Shown piece after piece: positions 60,729 to 64,000 of a stretch of DNA of 64,000 bases. Below the pieces are notes generated by a model. That model was not told where the DNA came from, ran no database searches, and saw only the letters and a list, made by a program, of their open reading frames with translations. Source of the stretch: a virus; IMG/VR virus record IMGVR_UViG_3300033146_003848, positions 82,141 to 146,140 of that record. The stretch is one strand, 5' to 3'. The position numbers and the translations under genes are program-made. The number at the start of each line of letters is the position of its first letter. Within the stretch, counting starts at the first letter, position 1.

Positions 60729-62255
60729 ATGAAGAATAAACTAAAACGAATTACATACAAGCGAGAGTTATCAAAAAAAGAAATGTTGATACTAGATGAA
60801 TATAGTAAATTTTTAGGACAATGCACATTCATCGAACAGAAATATTGTTATTTACATGATATTCATGAGAGAGAATTGTGTCCAATATGTGGGAATAAAT
60901 TACGAATTAAGGATGTTAATAAAGGATTTCAGACATTTTGTTCAAGGGACTGCATGCGTGATCCAAAGGCTAAAATAATATTAAATATCAAAACGAAAAT
61001 TACTTGTCGAGAAAAGTATGGAGTGGATTATCCACAACAGAGTGTTGATATCAAAAATAAAAGTCAACAAAGTTGCATTGAAAAATACGGAGTGGATAAT
61101 TTTGCAAAATCGAAAGAATTCAAAAGTGAAATGAGAAATTGGTGGTCCACATTAAGTGAGACTGATAGACGTAATATTCAACAATCGAAAGAACAAACTT
61201 GGCAGACTACTAGAGGAGTTAATCATGTTTGGCAAAAAGAATCAAAAAGTCGAGAAAAAGGACTTCAAACAATCAAAGAGAACTACGATGACGGAGAAAT
61301 ATCAAATCGAACTCAAATTACAAACAGAACTAATTTTTGGGACAAATATCTTTTATTATTGCGAGAGAAATTAATAGAGCCTAAATTCACAAAAGAGGAG
61401 TACGTATTAAATACTCACACTAATGAGTATATTTGTTTAAAGTGCAACAGAACATTTATAAGTGAGAAGATTCATCCTCAGGGCATCACTTGTTCATATT
61501 GTAAGAAGTCTGTTTCTAATTATGAAATTGAAATTAGAGACTGGCTTTCCGAATTGGGAATATCAAATGTCAAATATAATTATCGACGTAAATATGAATT
61601 AGACTTTTACTTAGAAGGATATAATTTGGGAATCGAATTTCATGGTCTATATTGGCATTCTGAATTACATAAAGATAAATTTTATCATCAAAAGAAATGG
61701 GCATACTTTAATGAAATGGGAATAGAAGTCATTCAAATATTTGAAAATGAATGGGTTCATATGTCTCATATCATCAAGTCTATCATAAAGAAAAAATTGA
61801 ATATTACAAATTATGTGTCTAATTTTATCATCAAAGAGGTTGATTCGAGTGAATACTTAAAATTTGCAAAATCCAATTCTTTATATTTTGTTGAGGCTGG
61901 ATCAATTACTTTAGGAATATATGCATCTGATGGATTGATGGAAATCATATCAATGAATCCAAAAGAGGATGAATGCTGGGAAGTGATTTCTCATATAAGT
62001 AGAGTGAACTATCACGTGAATGATTCGATGTCTCATTTGATTAAATTTATTAAAAGTGAATATTCATGTGTAGGGATTCAAATGAAAGTGGATCTTCGGT
62101 TTGGAGATGATAATATGAATTTATCTGAGATAGAATTATTGGATCCAAATTGTTATTGGTGGGAAAAGAACTCAACTCAATTAACTAGAAAGTGCAATAA
62201 TGATTTTTTTAAAATATATGATGCTGGTGAGAAATTATTAACTGAACTATTTTAA
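60729..62255 (+). CDS. Hef-like homing endonuclease, paralog 4
   Basis: ELDFYL..GIEFHGLYWHS; IYDAG. Confidence 0.8.
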   Translation: MKNKLKRITYKRELSKKEMLILDEYSKFLGQCTFIEQKYCYLHDIHERELCPICGNKLRIKDVNKGFQTFCSRDCMRDPKAKIILNIKTKITCREKYGVDYPQQSVDIKNKSQQSCIEKYGVDNFAKSKEFKSEMRNWWSTLSETDRRNIQQSKEQTWQTTRGVNHVWQKESKSREKGLQTIKENYDDGEISNRTQITNRTNFWDKYLLLLREKLIEPKFTKEEYVLNTHTNEYICLKCNRTFISEKIHPQGITCSYCKKSVSNYEIEIRDWLSELGISNVKYNYRRKYELDFYLEGYNLGIEFHGLYWHSELHKDKFYHQKKWAYFNEMGIEVIQIFENEWVHMSHIIKSIIKKKLNITNYVSNFIIKEVDSSEYLKFAKSNSLYFVEAGSITLGIYASDGLMEIISMNPKEDECWEVISHISRVNYHVNDSMSHLIKFIKSEYSCVGIQMKVDLRFGDDNMNLSEIELLDPNCYWWEKNSTQLTRKCNNDFFKIYDAGEKLLTELF

Positions 62256-64000
62256 TGATTATTAGAACTATTAAGTTTTTTTTGAACTTTATTTATTAAA
62301 TCGTCATCCTTAGTTTGTTTGATGTGAATAAGTGTCAGTTCATTCCAACTTTTCATTTTATCAAGAACGGTATTACTTAATTTTGAATTTTTAAGTGGAG
62401 AAATCATCATTAATGTATTATTGTCGCAAGTTTCCATTTTATCTAGAACTTTGCTTATTAATGATGAACTCTTAGATTTCTTAATAGAATGTATGATTTC
62501 ATTATCAACAGTTTCAATTTTATCTAGAACTTTAAAAATTAAATCATCATCATGATTCTCTATAATATCTTCTAATGCGTATTGATCAATTGACTCAATC
62601 TTCTCAACTTGATCTAGAACTTTATTGATGATTTTTGGACTTTTAGAACTTGAAATAGCATCTATCGTTTCGCTATCTATATTACTCATTTTATCTATAA
62701 CTGTATCAACTAATTCGAAATCATCAATTGAAGAAATAGCATATAATAAGTTATTATCCCAGGTTTCTATTTTATCTATAACTTTTTTAATTAAATCGGA
62801 GTCATAAGAACGAACAATCGCAGATAATGTTTTTTCATCCCAAGTCTCTATTTTATCTATAACTTTTTCAATCAAATTCGAATTGTGAGATTCAACAATT
62901 GTATCTATTGAATCTTCATCCCAAGTTTCTATTTTATCTATAGTCATATTAAGTATTCGGTTGTCATCATAATGAACGATAGAATGAAGGATATCATTAG
63001 ATATAGTGTCAAGTTTATTGAGAACTTTATAAACCAAATCTACATTATTCGATGATGTTATATAACGTAATGTTTCATCATTCCATGTCTCGATTTTATC
63101 AAGAACTTTATTAATCAAATTCTCATTCTTAATTCTTGTGATATAATATAATGTGTCATTATCGTATTTCTCGATTTTATCAAGAACTTTATTAATCAAA
63201 TCTACATTATTAGTTTTTATGATATAATTCAATGTGCCATTATTCCAGGTATCTACTTTCTCAAAAACTTTATTAATTAATTCTGAATTAGTCTCTGAAG
63301 TGATATTGTTTAATGATTTAGTCGAGAACGTTGCATTTAATTTTTCAGCCACATTAAATATCTCCAGATCATTATGTCGAAGAGCGTATCCAAATAACGA
63401 ATATTTATCTGATTTTTTATATTCAGATAAGTCTAAATTATTTTGGACTGCAATTTTCAACCATGGTTTTAATTTTTCAGGACTAATATTTTTTCTAATA
63501 GAAGCGATTAACGCTTCGATAGATGGATTTAATTTAAATCGGTTAAACATTTTTTCGAGTGCATAATTAGAATCATTCTGTTGCTTATTCATTTCGGCAT
63601 GGATTTGATCGAATACTGGTTTCAGGACTGAATTTTCACTTTGAAATGAATTTAATTTATTCATTTCATTTTGGTTTTGGAAAGTGGAGAACTCCTCTTC
63701 CATAGGAGCGTAGTAGTGAGACTTTTTATAATCCTCTAAATTCAAAAAGAATATTAAGTCTCCTTTAGATAGGTATGACTCGAAATAACTTGACGTTTCT
63801 CTTGATGAGGTACACCAGGGCCCGCCTTTACAAATTTCTCTACCATAAACAACGGATGCCTTATGAGTAAATATATATGACACTAACCATTCTTCATTTT
63901 GAAATAATATTTCATGATCTATTCCAGTCCGCAATTTGTCCAATTCCTTGATACCACTTGTAGTCTTGTCCTTGGCATTCTTAATATTAAATGAATTAAT
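62252..64000 (-). CDS. large helical-repeat protein, 5'-truncated by window edge
   Basis: many ~26-aa repeats (LINKVLDKIETWD..TL..I); N-terminal AS..YG..WCTS motif; frame open to the edge. Confidence 0.75.
   Translation of the reverse strand: MNSFNIKNAKDKTTSGIKELDKLRTGIDHEILFQNEEWLVSYIFTHKASVVYGREICKGGPWCTSSRETSSYFESYLSKGDLIFFLNLEDYKKSHYYAPMEEEFSTFQNQNEMNKLNSFQSENSVLKPVFDQIHAEMNKQQNDSNYALEKMFNRFKLNPSIEALIASIRKNISPEKLKPWLKIAVQNNLDLSEYKKSDKYSLFGYALRHNDLEIFNVAEKLNATFSTKSLNNITSETNSELINKVFEKVDTWNNGTLNYIIKTNNVDLINKVLDKIEKYDNDTLYYITRIKNENLINKVLDKIETWNDETLRYITSSNNVDLVYKVLNKLDTISNDILHSIVHYDDNRILNMTIDKIETWDEDSIDTIVESHNSNLIEKVIDKIETWDEKTLSAIVRSYDSDLIKKVIDKIETWDNNLLYAISSIDDFELVDTVIDKMSNIDSETIDAISSSKSPKIINKVLDQVEKIESIDQYALEDIIENHDDDLIFKVLDKIETVDNEIIHSIKKSKSSSLISKVLDKMETCDNNTLMMISPLKNSKLSNTVLDKMKSWNELTLIHIKQTKDDDLINKVQKKLNSSNNH

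Overview
This window is a very AT-rich segment of a large T4-like (jumbo) myovirus genome. It has five parts. (1) 1-9.3 kb: accessory and metabolic genes (RNA ligase fragment, GHKL ATPase, DUF5675, PTP-like phosphatase, NUDIX, CYTH). (2) 9.6-29 kb: a + strand early region of small hypothetical ORFs driven by about 20 near-consensus sigma70 promoters (TTGACnnGG..TGnTATAHT), many followed by a 5' stem-loop. (3) 29.6-40.8 kb: a - strand early region ending in a series of duplicated promoter-leader-ORF-terminator-repeat cassettes. (4) 41.3-41.5 kb: a 5 x 37 bp tandem array at the divergence point. (5) 45.9-64 kb: late genes (M23 virion protein, putative lysis genes, tail sheath, neck, tail tube) interleaved with four Hef-like endonucleases. 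The most unusual signal is a zoned sequence pattern. I found no AGCT anywhere while reading. From about 24.7 to 35.2 kb the one-mismatch neighbours of AGCT are also purged unless they contain GG/CC. From about 35.7 to 41.3 kb the rule flips: GG/CC occurs almost only as GGAA/TTCC, strictly enough that the encoded proteins have no Trp, one Pro, and Gly only before Lys or Ile. GG-rich TAGGACGG repeat islands separate these cassettes. Motif counts were made by eye and family calls come from motif recognition; no searches were run.
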